A stretch of 64,000 nucleotides of DNA from an uncultured Nitrososphaerota archaeon (GCA_963703285.1 OY969807.1:864001-928000); one strand, 5' to 3'. Numbered from the stretch's first letter, positions 40,064 to 50,904 are shown. Made by a program: numbers and translations. The notes: a model not told the origin generated them from the sequence alone.

Positions 40064-40597
40064 GTGCCAGGGAAAAATGTCACCCGAACGCTCGCGATGG
40101 TCGCAGTCGTGCTACTGATTGGGGTGAGCGTAGATGTCTTCGCGACGGTGATGAACACGCCCTCGCCTTCGTCCACCTCCTCTAGCGAGTCTGCCACCTC
40201 TTCAGCCAACACCCCGACGTTGAGCACCACCGCTTCTGCGACGAGCACATCTCCATCCACCTCAACTGCGACGGCTAGCAGCGCAACCTCATCCATAGGC
40301 TCCATAGACATAACGAGCCCCGCCTATGCACTATCGGTGATGATGGGCCAGAACTACAAAATCTCGGGAACCATCGCCCCCATGCCGAAGCTTCCAGACT
40401 ACGTCCTCATCCAAGTGTCAGAGCAGGGCGTGCCAGACGACCTCGACGCGGAGACCGCGACCGTCCAACCGAACGGTTACTTCTATTACAACGCGACGGT
40501 AGGCCCCTCCTGGACATCGGGAACGTACTTGATAACCGCCATCGACACTTACGGCGCGACCGGGAATGTGACCATCCAGGTGGGCTGCCACTACTGA
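40064..40597 (+). CDS. Membrane-anchored Ser/Thr-rich surface protein, paralogue of 29922-30488
   Basis: ISGTIAPMPKLPDYVLIQV vs ISGTINPTPTLPDSVLIQV; similar GATTGAT before the GTG start. Confidence 0.8.
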   Translation: MPGKNVTRTLAMVAVVLLIGVSVDVFATVMNTPSPSSTSSSESATSSANTPTLSTTASATSTSPSTSTATASSATSSIGSIDITSPAYALSVMMGQNYKISGTIAPMPKLPDYVLIQVSEQGVPDDLDAETATVQPNGYFYYNATVGPSWTSGTYLITAIDTYGATGNVTIQVGCHY

Positions 40598-40905
40598 GTC
40601 TGCCTGTCAAGCAGGTACCCTGAGGAGCCGCCGCCCAAATTTCCTGGTTTGTCCCCCTCCTTGTGGGTACGGCCATCGACCTAGATTTGACAGTTGAACC
40701 GGCCCTCCTGTCATCCCCGTCGTAGCAATCCAACCGCTGGATCCTCAGACATAGCGAAAAGATGCGGCCTATTCGACGTTTCGTGTGGAAAGATTGAGAG
40801 GATCCACGGGGCGGAAAGGGCAAGCGAGCCAACCGGAAGAATCCGAGGAATCGAGTGATACACTGAGGCAGAAGCCTTATTACGCTTGCGACTCGCACTA
40901 AAGCC

Positions 40906-41166
40906 ATGCCTACCTTCCTCATGAAATGCCCGAGCTGCGGAAAGCACTTCGACGTCGAGCGGACAGGGGATCGGGTGGAGAAGGAGATCGTGATGGAAGA
41001 CAAGAGCCGAGAGTTGATGACCGAGAAGATCGGCCCAGTCTACTCCCCAAGCGTGACGGATGACATAGACGAGACGGTTGATGAGCAGGTCCCGGTCGAG
41101 GTCAAGACCTACAAAGAGACATACACCTGCAAGCATTGCGGGTACACCTGGACAGAGGAGAGATAG
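40906..41166 (+). CDS. Small zinc-ribbon protein
   Basis: CPSC at the N-terminus and CKHC at the C-terminus around an acidic loop. Confidence 0.75.
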   Translation: MPTFLMKCPSCGKHFDVERTGDRVEKEIVMEDKSRELMTEKIGPVYSPSVTDDIDETVDEQVPVEVKTYKETYTCKHCGYTWTEER

Positions 41167-41357
41167 GGCTCGAGGCTCGAGATTGTCCCCTTCGGTACGG
41201 AAGAGTTCAGTCTACTACACTGAACGCGGGCGCCGCCATTTCGTGCTAAGGGGATGCATGACGTGAGTCTCCCTTTTGCTACGCATCTGTTGCGCCAACG
41301 AGCTGCGACACGTTAGGTACTCTAGGAGCATTTTGAGAAGGGGAGCCGGCTATATCG

Positions 41358-42002
41358 TCAGGACCTGCTGACGTTTTGCATGCGCTTTCCCGTGACCGTG
41401 TACGCAACAGACTCCCCCACGTCCTCCGCATGGTCGGCTATCCTCTCGATGTACCGAAGTATCAGAGTCTCGATGAAGTAACACTTCAAGTCAACACCGT
41501 CCTCTTGGTTGATTCTCCGAAGACTGTTCCGATACAGCTCGTCGACCACGTTGTCCATGGCGCCTAGCCGTCCGGCGAGTATCACGTCTCGCTCCGTGAA
41601 GGCTTTGAGGCTGATTCGAATCATCTCGGAGGCCTGCTTTCCGGCCGCCTCTATATCGGCCTTCTCGCAGTTTGCAACGCCAGTGAAGATGGAGAGGACA
41701 TCCGCAATGTCGTAGGCGTACCGTCCGAAGCGGGAGAACCCGTAGGCGATTTCCATGCTCGAGGTGATGAACCGGAGATCGATTGCGACGGGCTGGTACC
41801 TCGCTATCAGCTCCGTGGCCAGGTCGTTGACCTCCTCCTGCTTCACACGGAGCTCCTCCGAGTTGTCGTACACCTGCGTGCGTACGTTCGTTCCCTTGGT
41901 GTAGGCCTCTATCGCGATTGCGACGGTCTTCTCGGATAGTTCACCCATCTGGATCAGGAGGTTCTTCAGTTTCTCCAGACCCATGTCCATTAGTCTAGCC
42001 AT
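41358..42002 (-). CDS. phoU: Phosphate transport regulator PhoU
   Basis: LIARYQPVAIDLR, ERIADHA; follows pstB. Confidence 0.93.
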   Translation of the reverse strand: MARLMDMGLEKLKNLLIQMGELSEKTVAIAIEAYTKGTNVRTQVYDNSEELRVKQEEVNDLATELIARYQPVAIDLRFITSSMEIAYGFSRFGRYAYDIADVLSIFTGVANCEKADIEAAGKQASEMIRISLKAFTERDVILAGRLGAMDNVVDELYRNSLRRINQEDGVDLKCYFIETLILRYIERIADHAEDVGESVAYTVTGKRMQNVSRS

Positions 42003-42015
42003 CTTTACGATGCAC

Positions 42016-42840
42016 CTAACCGAACTTCCCAGTGATGTACCGCTCCGTCAGTTCCTTGCTCGGCGCCTCGAACATCTTCTTCGTCGTGTCGTACTCCACG
42101 AGTTCGCCGAGGTAGAAGAACGCGGTGTAATCCGCCACTCTTGCGGCCTGCTGCATGTTGTGCGTGACGATTATGATCGTGAACTCCCGCTTCAGCTCTG
42201 CCATGGCCTCTTCGATCTTGGTGGTCGCCGTGGGGTCAAGGGCCGAGGCTGGCTCGTCCATCAGGATGATCTCGGGCTCCACCGCGATGGCTCGGGCGAT
42301 GCACAGTCTCTGCTGTTGTCCACCGGACAGCGCCGCCCCGGACTTCTTCAGTTCGTTCTTGACCTCGTCCCAGAGGAAAGCAAGCCGGAGGCTCCTCTCG
42401 ACAACCTCATCCAGCAGCTTCTTGTTACGCACTCCGTTGAGCTTCAGGCCAGCCGCCACGTTGTCGTAGACAGACATGGTGGGGAACGGGTTGGGCTTCT
42501 GGAAGACCATCCCTATCCGGCGCCGGATTCTATCGGCGTTGACGCGCTGACCGTAGATGTTCTCCCCGTCGAGGGTGACCTCCCCTTCCACGTAGGCGCC
42601 TGGGGTCAGTTCGTGAAGCCTGTTGAGGCACCTGATGAAGGTCGTCTTCCCGCAACCGGAAGGGCCCATCAGGGCCGTGATGCTTCGGTTGTTGAACGAG
42701 AGGCTGATACCCCTCAGCACCTGCACCGCCCCGAAGCCTGCTATCAGATTCTTGGTCTCCATCTTGGCGCCTCCGTTGTTGACTTGGCTCATAATCGGCA
42801 GGTCTGCGTCATTCTTGACGTCTTCGCTCTGAGATTCCAT
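42016..42840 (-). CDS. pstB: Phosphate ABC transporter ATPase
   Basis: [30 protein letters not shown]. Confidence 0.97.
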   Translation of the reverse strand: MESQSEDVKNDADLPIMSQVNNGGAKMETKNLIAGFGAVQVLRGISLSFNNRSITALMGPSGCGKTTFIRCLNRLHELTPGAYVEGEVTLDGENIYGQRVNADRIRRRIGMVFQKPNPFPTMSVYDNVAAGLKLNGVRNKKLLDEVVERSLRLAFLWDEVKNELKKSGAALSGGQQQRLCIARAIAVEPEIILMDEPASALDPTATTKIEEAMAELKREFTIIIVTHNMQQAARVADYTAFFYLGELVEYDTTKKMFEAPSKELTERYITGKFG

Positions 42841-42852
42841 CTTCGAGGTCTC

Positions 42853-43728
42853 CTATATCTCCGCCCGGACGTTCGCAAGCTTCCTCCCGAGGATAAACTT
42901 AACGCTGAGGTTAAGGAGGAGCATGAAACCTATCAGGACCAGGGCGGCGCCCCACGCGATGGCGTGCCACTGTGGGTAGGACGAAATGCCGTATGAGTAG
43001 ATGAGCAGCGGTAGCGCGCCGGCCGGTTCGAGCAGCCCCTTCAAGAAGAAGTTGCTGCCCAGTGCCGTCAGCAGGAGCGGCGCAGTCTCTCCAGCGGCAC
43101 GGGCGATGGCGAGCAGGATGCCCGTTGCGAGACCCAGCTTACCAGTGCTTATGACCACTCGCATGACTGTCCTCCATCTAGGGACGCCGAGAGCAATCGA
43201 AGCCTCTCTGAGGCTGCGGGGGACCAGCTTCAGCGATTCTTCGGTCGTCCTCGCGACTATCGGAAGCATGATGATGCTGAGAGAAACGGCGCCCGCGACG
43301 GCCGAGAAGGTCTTTGTCGTCAGGACGATTAGTATGTAGACGAATATGCCGATCACGATGGAAGGGAACTCCGCCAGGACGTCGTTCATGAAGCTGGAGA
43401 CAAAGGAGAGCCTGGATTCGGGCCATTCGGAGAAGAAGATCCCTGCGGCCACACCGAGCGGGACGGAGATGGCCGTAGCAATCCCGACCATGATTATCGT
43501 CCCCTCTATGGCCGGCCCAACCCCTCCCCCCGCGACTCCGACCGGCGTCGGAATGTTGGTGAGAAATGACAGGCTCATCAGGGGGAGGCCCTGGACCAGT
43601 GTCTCGCCCAGAATCAGCACCAGGGGAACCAGGGCAAGGCAGACTGCCAGAAGGATGAGGCCCGTCATCAACCTGTCGAGCACCGTTCGCCTGCGCGCTA
43701 CCATCGAGGAAACTTCTATCTTTGTCAA
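42853..43728 (-). CDS. pstA: Phosphate ABC transporter permease
   Basis: PSIVIG, LREASIALG, ARAAGETAP. Confidence 0.95.
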   Translation of the reverse strand: MTKIEVSSMVARRRTVLDRLMTGLILLAVCLALVPLVLILGETLVQGLPLMSLSFLTNIPTPVGVAGGGVGPAIEGTIIMVGIATAISVPLGVAAGIFFSEWPESRLSFVSSFMNDVLAEFPSIVIGIFVYILIVLTTKTFSAVAGAVSLSIIMLPIVARTTEESLKLVPRSLREASIALGVPRWRTVMRVVISTGKLGLATGILLAIARAAGETAPLLLTALGSNFFLKGLLEPAGALPLLIYSYGISSYPQWHAIAWGAALVLIGFMLLLNLSVKFILGRKLANVRAEI

Positions 43729-43739
43729 CCGACTATCAC

Positions 43740-44711
43740 TCAGATCCTGTACCGAGCCCCGCGAGTCATCCTGTACAGCAGGAACCTCGCGATGATGTTG
43801 ATGACCAGAGCTGTGCCGAAGAGGATCAGACCGATCTCAACGATGGCAGAGTTGTACAGGGGGTAGGTTGTATCGGTAAACTCGTTGGCTATGACCGCGG
43901 AGAGCGTGTATCCACCAGAGAAGAGGTCGGCCGTTATTCTGGGCGTGTTCCCAATTATCATCGTTACCGCCATGGTCTCGCCAACCGCTCTTCCAAGCCC
44001 GAGGATCGTAGCCCCGAAGAGCCCCGACCTTGCGTACGGAAGGACGCTCTTCTGGATTACCTCCCAGTCTGTCGCCCCCAGGGAGTACATGGCTTCCCTC
44101 TGGCTGTTTGGGACGGCGTTGAGGACAGACCTCGATATCGCCGAGATCGTGGGGATGATCATTATCGCCAGAAGGATTCCCGCCGTGAAGAAGTCCAGAC
44201 CGAAAGGCGTTCCGGAGAAGAGAGGGACGAATCCCAGATAGGTGTGCAGGGGAGTCTCGACGTAATGCTTGAGGAGCGGACTAAGATAGAACAACCCCCA
44301 CAACCCGTAGATTACGCTCGGTACGGCGGCCAAGAGCTCGATGACCGTGCCGATGGCATAGGCCAACCCCGTCCTCGCCTTCAGTTTCTCGGTGAGGAAC
44401 ACGGCAACCCCTATGCTTATGGGCAGTCCTATCAGAAGCGCAAGCATAGAGGTAACGACGGTGCCATAGATGAAGGGGAGTGCGCCGAATATCTCGTGGA
44501 CCGGGTCCCAGTTGTTTGTCCAGAGGTACGCGATTCCGAACTTTGAGAAGCTCAACTCGGAGTGGATAGTCAGTTCGTAGGCAAGCGCCATCAGAAGGAC
44601 GATTATAGCGACGGCGGCCGCGCCCACGACCACTTTCAGGACCGCGTCTCCTTTCAGTCGTCCTGAGTTCATTCCGGAATCCTGACCAGAACCTTTACCG
44701 TTCTTATCCAA
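43740..44711 (-). CDS. pstC: Phosphate ABC transporter permease
   Basis: ELLAAVPSVIYGLWG, GRAVGETMAV. Confidence 0.95.
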   Translation of the reverse strand: MDKNGKGSGQDSGMNSGRLKGDAVLKVVVGAAAVAIIVLLMALAYELTIHSELSFSKFGIAYLWTNNWDPVHEIFGALPFIYGTVVTSMLALLIGLPISIGVAVFLTEKLKARTGLAYAIGTVIELLAAVPSVIYGLWGLFYLSPLLKHYVETPLHTYLGFVPLFSGTPFGLDFFTAGILLAIMIIPTISAISRSVLNAVPNSQREAMYSLGATDWEVIQKSVLPYARSGLFGATILGLGRAVGETMAVTMIIGNTPRITADLFSGGYTLSAVIANEFTDTTYPLYNSAIVEIGLILFGTALVINIIARFLLYRMTRGARYRI

Positions 44712-44758
44712 AATGGGTACTCCGTAGAAGAATAAAGAGGGGGTGTGGATCCAAGCCG

Positions 44759-46057
44759 TTAGCAGGATCCACCGCAGAGAGACACTCCGTTGTACGTGAT
44801 GGCGTTGATGGATGCGTCGTCGATCGTGATGACGTTCGCTGGCAGCGGTATGTAGCCGAGGTTAGTGCCCGCGTTTTGCGCGTCGTTCACGATCCACCAG
44901 AGGTAGCTGACGATATCGGTTCCAAGCTGCTGGTTTGTCTGTGCCTGGTAGACGAGGAGGTAGGTGAAGGTCGTGATTGGGTAGGCCTGCGTTGCCGCGG
45001 TGTCGTTGTAGATCGCATCGGCGATGGACACACTGGACCACTGCGCCGTTCCGGCCGGGAGGCCGGCGGAGGCGCCTGCCTGGACGGCGTTGGAGATTGT
45101 TGTGTCGGTGGCTGAGATGTAGTTACCTGCAGCGTTTGCGACCACTCCGACCGAGAGCAGAGTCGGGTTCTGGAGTGCGTATGCGATCTCAAGTGGGCCT
45201 ATGGCGTAGGGGGTGTTCTCGATGCAGCCGGCGACGCCCTCGTTGCCCTTGCAGCCGAGGCCGGTGGGCCACTTCACCGATGTTGCGAAACCTACTTGGC
45301 TCGCCCACTGTTTGCTAGCGTCTGACAGGTATTGGGTGAATGCGTACATCGTCCCGCTCCCGTCAGAGCGGTGGACGACGGTGATTGCGTGGGCTGGCAG
45401 GGTGACGCCTGGGTTGAGTGCTTGGATAGCCGGGTCGTTCCACATCGTGATGTTCCCGAGGAAGATCCCAGCTAGTACTGCGCCTGAGAACTGGAGGCCG
45501 TTATCGCCCGTGGCGGGAATGGAGGTGGAGGTAGATGACGAGCTTGAAGATGTCGGAATGTTCAGGCCCGGTATGTTGTACGCTGGCACAACCGCGCTGA
45601 TGGATTCGGGGATGGTGATGATGGGCGCTGTGAATGCAGCGTATTGAGAGGCGGTCGGTGGAGCGTCCGTGGCCCCGAGGTTGACCGTCCCCGCCGTGAT
45701 GTCAGCGATTCCCGTTCCGCTGCCGACGCTCGCGTAGTTGACTTCGATGTTCGGCTGGACCTGGGTGTAGGCGAAGGTCCACGCCGACATGAGCGGCTGG
45801 ACCAGGGTCGAGCCCGCGGAGTTGATTGTGGCTGAGGGTTCTTTGCTCGGGGTCGCTGTCGCCGTTGAGATTGAGACCGACCCTGAAACTGATGTGGAGA
45901 CTGACACCGAGACTGATGTGGTGGTTACGGTCGTCTTTCCGCCGGCAGAGACCGCGTAGGCGGCGACGCCCGCTATTACGACCACTACGATGACGATGGC
46001 TGCGATGATTGCTGTTCCTATTGCTGCTTTTTGTTTGTTCTTGGTTACTTGAACCAT
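44759..46057 (-). CDS. pstS: Phosphate-binding protein, membrane-anchored
   Basis: AGST, VGSGTG, GATD, HRSDGSGT, GNEGV; ATG at 46057. Confidence 0.95.
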   Translation of the reverse strand: MVQVTKNKQKAAIGTAIIAAIVIVVVVIAGVAAYAVSAGGKTTVTTTSVSVSVSTSVSGSVSISTATATPSKEPSATINSAGSTLVQPLMSAWTFAYTQVQPNIEVNYASVGSGTGIADITAGTVNLGATDAPPTASQYAAFTAPIITIPESISAVVPAYNIPGLNIPTSSSSSSTSTSIPATGDNGLQFSGAVLAGIFLGNITMWNDPAIQALNPGVTLPAHAITVVHRSDGSGTMYAFTQYLSDASKQWASQVGFATSVKWPTGLGCKGNEGVAGCIENTPYAIGPLEIAYALQNPTLLSVGVVANAAGNYISATDTTISNAVQAGASAGLPAGTAQWSSVSIADAIYNDTAATQAYPITTFTYLLVYQAQTNQQLGTDIVSYLWWIVNDAQNAGTNLGYIPLPANVITIDDASINAITYNGVSLCGGSC

Positions 46058-46162
46058 GAATTTTTCAAGCAAAGCGGCAGATTTCAGTGTATAAGTGAAG
46101 AGCGCAAGGGAAATATATGGAACTCGTGACCCATATTGCCACCCATTTTTCAAGTGTTGATT

Positions 46163-47239
46163 ATGTCCACAGAGCACCAAAAAGCCGAAGTCAGGAAGAT
46201 TCAGTTCTCCGGCAAGTCCTCGTACATGCTGGCGCTCCCGAAGAAGTGGGTGGAAGAGATGGGGCTCGACAGGGGCGACTCCGTAGCGGTGGAGAAGCAG
46301 GGAGACTCGTCGCTCATCATAACGCCGCGGGTCGGCAAGATATCGAGCGGCAAGTCCGAGACCGTGGTGGAGGTGTCCCCGAAGAGCAGGACCGACACCA
46401 TCGTCAGGCGCCTGATAGCGATCTACCTCCTCGGTTACAGCACGATACACATCAAGGCCAGGGAGGGTCCCCTGACCTCGGCCCAGAGGGACGCCGTCAA
46501 GGAGGCCTCACGCCGCCACCTCATCGGGACCGAGATAATCGCCGACTCCAGGGAGGGGATAACGCTCCAGGTCCTCCTGAGCTATCCGGAGCTGTCCGTC
46601 AAGAACGTCCTGAAGAGGATGTTCCTGATCGCGGAGTCGATGCACAGGGATTCGGTGCGGGCCTTCGTCCGTGTGGACAAGGACTCAGCCGCGGCGGTGA
46701 CCAAGTCTGACGATGAAGTGGACAGGTTCAGCCTCTACGCGATACGGCAGCTGAACATGGCGGTGCAGAACGACCTCATCCTCCGGGAGATCGAGCTGAA
46801 GAACAGGAGGGACTGCCTGGACCACAGGCTCATAGTGAAGTCCGTCGAGCGCGTCGCCGACCACGCGAACAAGATTGCCGAAGCGGTGCTCCGCATGGAC
46901 GGGCAGGTCAGTCAGTCGTTGCTTGACAAGATTCAGAAGATGAGCGACTACGCCGTCGGCCTCTTCGAGCAGGCGGGGCTCGCGCTGTTCAAGGGCGACT
47001 ACGAGTCGGCGGACAACGTCGTCGAACAGGCGAAGGACGCGGCTGCGATGCAGGAGGAGCTCCTCAACCTCCTCGAGAAAACCAAGGAGACAGAGACGGA
47101 TCAGGTGTTCCCCCTAGTCGTCGAGGACATCAGGCGGACGGCAGAGTACGCCGCGGACATCGCGGAGATAGTCATCAACATGAACACGGAGGCCTCGACG
47201 GCGACGGCTGAGGCAGCGGCCCTGCTCAAGAGCGCCTGA
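46163..47239 (+). CDS. AbrB-PhoU phosphate uptake regulator
   Basis: RKIQFSGKSSYMLALPKKW AbrB domain plus two PhoU domains; divergent from pstS. Confidence 0.93.
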   Translation: MSTEHQKAEVRKIQFSGKSSYMLALPKKWVEEMGLDRGDSVAVEKQGDSSLIITPRVGKISSGKSETVVEVSPKSRTDTIVRRLIAIYLLGYSTIHIKAREGPLTSAQRDAVKEASRRHLIGTEIIADSREGITLQVLLSYPELSVKNVLKRMFLIAESMHRDSVRAFVRVDKDSAAAVTKSDDEVDRFSLYAIRQLNMAVQNDLILREIELKNRRDCLDHRLIVKSVERVADHANKIAEAVLRMDGQVSQSLLDKIQKMSDYAVGLFEQAGLALFKGDYESADNVVEQAKDAAAMQEELLNLLEKTKETETDQVFPLVVEDIRRTAEYAADIAEIVINMNTEASTATAEAAALLKSA

Positions 47240-47256
47240 CAGACCGGAAGCTTCGA

Positions 47257-47517
47257 TTACTGGCTGCGTTCGGAGAGCCAGGGCAGGAGCAGGTGACTGG
47301 ACTCGAAGTCCGTATCGCTGCACTCGGATGTGCGAACCGCCAGCCCCGCGAGGAAGAAGAAGTGCTTCTCGCCAGCCTTGTAGATGATGCTCGGCCGTTC
47401 GACGTGGACGATCTCAAGGAACTCGGGCCTCCCGAAGTCAACTGCGCTCTTGCTTCCATGGACGCGACCGACCTCCTCTTCCGTCATCGTAGATGCTATT
47501 GCCATTTCTCTTTTCAC
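47257..47517 (-). CDS. Hypothetical small protein
   Basis: Host-like codon usage and an AT-rich promoter-like region upstream. Confidence 0.5.
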   Translation of the reverse strand: MKREMAIASTMTEEEVGRVHGSKSAVDFGRPEFLEIVHVERPSIIYKAGEKHFFFLAGLAVRTSECSDTDFESSHLLLPWLSERSQ

Positions 47518-48063
47518 TCGAGACCATGTGATTATCGGGATTTATATACGTTGGCTAATGAAAACATATGGCTATTATAGAAGATTTTGGGCAGGCTAGC
47601 TATCCGTGTTAGTTGGCGAATCCTCAGAGACATCTTATCTCAAACTCTCTTTGATGCTTTCTCGCAAGTGGACGGGAGCCGCCGGCTTCCCAGGGCCCCC
47701 TCCTCCGCGGGCCCTTGGTCCTCATCCTGGATATACATCCTGGCGGCTCGTGCCACTTCGCTCCTCGTCTGGCAAGGTCCTTGAAGCGGTACTCGGCCGC
47801 TTCGTAAGGGAGCGGAGAACCCGTCTTGGTTATCTCTAGCTCTTCAGCGACGAAGTCCTTACCCTTCGAGGGCCCGATAACAGCCTTCCAGGTGCCCCCC
47901 TCGTTGACGGTCTTCCAAGTGCCGCCCTCGGCTTTCCGATAGGCGCCTTGGTGGCGAACTCCGGCGGGGCTCCCACCTTTAGGAGGGAGGCGGGGTGAGC
48001 GTGATGGTTATGGGCTGGGAGTCACCGTCCTAGTTTATCTATCCAAGGTCATCCCTGGTTCCC

Positions 48064-48511
48064 ATGTCTGGCGCCGCCGAGACGAAGGCCGAGGTCATGG
48101 CCTTCGTCCGCTCCTTCTTCGAGGTCGGAAAGACCAAGGACCTTTACCTCTCTGATGGACTTCCACTCCGCGCCGTCTCTCTTCACCAAGTTCGACGAGA
48201 GGCCCCCGTACACCAGGCAGTCGTCGGACGAGGCCTTCATGTACGAGCAGGCGACCTTCGCCAACATCTCCGACTACGAGTACGAGATCGGCGAGGAGCG
48301 GGTGGACCTGGTCGGGGATGTGGCGATAGCGACGTTCTACCTGACCTTCACGGGGGTCTTCGTCAACGACTACTCGTTCGAGGGGATGACCGTCGGGTCG
48401 AAGTCGAGGGTGACGATGGTGGTCGCGAGGTTCAACGACAGATGGAAGCTCGTGCACTCACACTTCAGCCACTTCCCCGACGTCACGAAGACAGAAGTTC
48501 CCCACAGGTAA
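48064..48511 (+). CDS. NTF2/SnoaL-like protein, split by a +1 frameshift at about 48144
   Basis: MSGAAETKAEVMAFVRSFFEVGKTKDL joins TSLMDFH...GDVAIATF...RWKLVHSHFS if one T of CTTTACC is removed. Confidence 0.8.
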
Positions 48512-48517
48512 GGTCGT

Positions 48518-50092
48518 CTATCCCAAGCTGTGCCTGAGGCGCGCCGCCTGGTTGAAGGCATCGCGGGCTTCTGCGTCCTCTCCTTCGGCGTAGGAGATCA
48601 GGAAGTTGTTTGTGAAGTTATCGTGCTTCTTGCTCTCGTTGTTACGAGGACCAAGCTTCACGGAGAAGCGCTCCTCGACCATCGAGAGGTCTGCCATGAG
48701 CCTGCCCAGTGAGTCCCTGAACGTCTCGACCGGTATCCCCGCTTTCTTGGCGACCTTCGCGTGCATCTCCATCAGCAGGTTGATGGTCTGCCAGGAGACG
48801 AGGTTGCCCACCGAACGGAAGTCCTTGCGCACGTTCACGTAGGTGCGCTCGAGTGCGCTCCACTCCTCCCCGCGCAGGTCGGCCAGAGCGCTCGCACCGA
48901 TGAACTCGGGAGGGATGCCTATCGAGTAGAATGCCGCGGCGAATGGTATTGCCCTTGGCATCGTCTTCCCTTTGACGTTCCTGCTGTAGCCGAACAGTCC
49001 GATGTGGAGCTTCCTCGCCCTCCTGCGGGGGACAAAGCGCGCGATGCTGTTGATGAACGGAGCGAGCTCCTCAATCCTGGATTGGTAGGACGAGATCAGG
49101 CGGTACATCGCCGTCCTGAGGGTCTTCTCCGTTGACTCGTCTATCTCGAGGGGCTGCTCGTTGGGGAGCCTGGAGTTCAGGAGCGAGATGGCGGACCGAA
49201 CCTTCGCCAGGGGGTAGTCGTACCTGAACGCCGACTGCACGGTGACGGTGCTCAGGCCCCTGTACTCCTCGAGGAACCCTTCGACGTTTGTGGGGGAGAG
49301 GTGTCCCCTGAATGGCATCGACCCCACGCCTATCATGGGGTGCACCTTCACCCCGGTCGCGCTCTCGACCGAGTGGAGCCTCGACAGGGCTATCTTGGCC
49401 AGCAGGACCGCAGGGATGAGCCCGTAGTTCAACGCTGGATCGGAGCGGGCTATGAACACACGCATGTCCGTCGTCTTGACGAGGGAGAGGTACTCCTTGA
49501 TCAGGTCGTCTATGAGGAGGAGGTGCTCCATGTCCTCGACCAGAGGTATGACGTTGATCTCCTTGGGCCTGAACTCGCCCACCCAGCCCTTGACCGTCAT
49601 CGCGTTCGACAGGCTCAGGCTCTGGACGCCGGCAATCGCCTTCACGTAATAGTCGTGCAACCAGGCCAGCTCCCTCCCGCTCGTCGTGAAGGGCAGTATG
49701 ACCTCGAAGACGGGGACGGCCTCCCTCTTGTGGAAGACGGTCGCTACGTCCGAGCTGAGCGGGATCGTGTCCAGTGTGGTCGTCAGTATCTTCCTCTCAG
49801 CGATCTCGATCTGAGGGTTGGGGATGCGGTAGGTCAGGAAGACGTCCTCGCCGATCACCTTCTTCTGGAAGTAGTCCGGGTAGGAGCTGAAGAGCTTCCT
49901 CACGACGTTGGTGTCGACGTCCTTGCCCTCGGAGTCCCACATTACCTCGTCGCAACCGAGATCCTTGTAGGCGAAGTAGGCCTCTCTCAGTTCCGCCTCG
50001 CCCTCGATGACCTCATCCTCGGCCCATGGCGGAGGAGAGACGTTGTCCGGGTGCTGCGTCGACATCGTTCGAGGGATTTTGCGCTCTTTCAA
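48518..50092 (-). CDS. ppcA: Archaeal-type phosphoenolpyruvate carboxylase
   Basis: IPRTMSTQHPDN, WDSEGK, ARSDPALNYG, PFRG, PRAI. Confidence 0.95.
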   Translation of the reverse strand: MKERKIPRTMSTQHPDNVSPPPWAEDEVIEGEAELREAYFAYKDLGCDEVMWDSEGKDVDTNVVRKLFSSYPDYFQKKVIGEDVFLTYRIPNPQIEIAERKILTTTLDTIPLSSDVATVFHKREAVPVFEVILPFTTSGRELAWLHDYYVKAIAGVQSLSLSNAMTVKGWVGEFRPKEINVIPLVEDMEHLLLIDDLIKEYLSLVKTTDMRVFIARSDPALNYGLIPAVLLAKIALSRLHSVESATGVKVHPMIGVGSMPFRGHLSPTNVEGFLEEYRGLSTVTVQSAFRYDYPLAKVRSAISLLNSRLPNEQPLEIDESTEKTLRTAMYRLISSYQSRIEELAPFINSIARFVPRRRARKLHIGLFGYSRNVKGKTMPRAIPFAAAFYSIGIPPEFIGASALADLRGEEWSALERTYVNVRKDFRSVGNLVSWQTINLLMEMHAKVAKKAGIPVETFRDSLGRLMADLSMVEERFSVKLGPRNNESKKHDNFTNNFLISYAEGEDAEARDAFNQAARLRHSLG

Positions 50093-50211
50093 TCTGCGCG
50101 GAACGGGACCACCCTTTCAGGCCGACGGTAGATTAACTAATCGTCCCGCAGGCCTGGGACGCAGACTTAAAGACAGACTCGTCTGTGATCGGGCCAAGGT
50201 CGTGATTCGAG

Positions 50212-50865
50212 GTGATCGTTCCGCGGCTAGGAATCTCTCGCAGGCGTCACCTTCCGGTCCTGAAGATTCTGGACCACTCGGTCAGCCTGTTCTCCGGCCC
50301 CGCCATAGTTCGCCGGTTCAGGAGATGGAGTCTGGATGGGGTCGCGGGCTCTGACCTGGTGCAGGTCGCAACTCCTCTCGACAAGCTCGTGATGAGCAGG
50401 GACCGGGCCGGCATGATGCTGTACGAGTGGGGGAGCTGGACGAGATTCTACGTCCCAGCCGAGTTTGACTTCCACGGGAAGACGGTCCTCGACGTGGGCG
50501 CGGGCGAAGGGGAGACGGTCGAGTTGTACAGGTTTCATGGCGCCAGGAGATTCGTGTGCGTCGAGCCCGACGCCCAGAGAGCCGCAAGGTTGCGGGAGAA
50601 CGCAGGGCGGAACGGGTGGGACGCAGACATCCACGAGGAGCCGTTCTCATTGAAGTTCCTTCAGAGCGGGTTTGACTTCATGAAGATGGACTGCGAAGGG
50701 TGCGAGAGGACCTTGATAGGTACGAGGCTGGATTTTCCCTGCGTGCTGGAGACGCACGGGACCTCGACTGAGGAGTTCCTCAAGATGGACGGCTTCTCTG
50801 CGGTCATGATGGGGACGAAGACGGCGCTGGTGAGCAACGCAGGCGCCTTTCGTCGCGCTGGATGA
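50212..50865 (+). CDS. Class I SAM-dependent methyltransferase (FkbM-like), start uncertain
   Basis: VLDVGAGEG, CVEPD, FMKMDCEGCE. Confidence 0.8.
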   Translation: MIVPRLGISRRRHLPVLKILDHSVSLFSGPAIVRRFRRWSLDGVAGSDLVQVATPLDKLVMSRDRAGMMLYEWGSWTRFYVPAEFDFHGKTVLDVGAGEGETVELYRFHGARRFVCVEPDAQRAARLRENAGRNGWDADIHEEPFSLKFLQSGFDFMKMDCEGCERTLIGTRLDFPCVLETHGTSTEEFLKMDGFSAVMMGTKTALVSNAGAFRRAG

Positions 50866-50904
50866 GGGCGACGGAACGTCTTCTGGTCGTCGGCACTCTG
50901 ACCG

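Noticed and set aside
44759-46450. 563-aa PstS with a long N-terminal extension
   Set aside because: The extension overlaps the divergent AbrB-PhoU gene; the real start is ATG 46057, just before the TM anchor.
47600-48050. Possible RNase P/SRP RNA or gene remnant
   Set aside because: No GAGGAAAGUCC or SRP helix-8 motif, and the translations gave no recognisable family.
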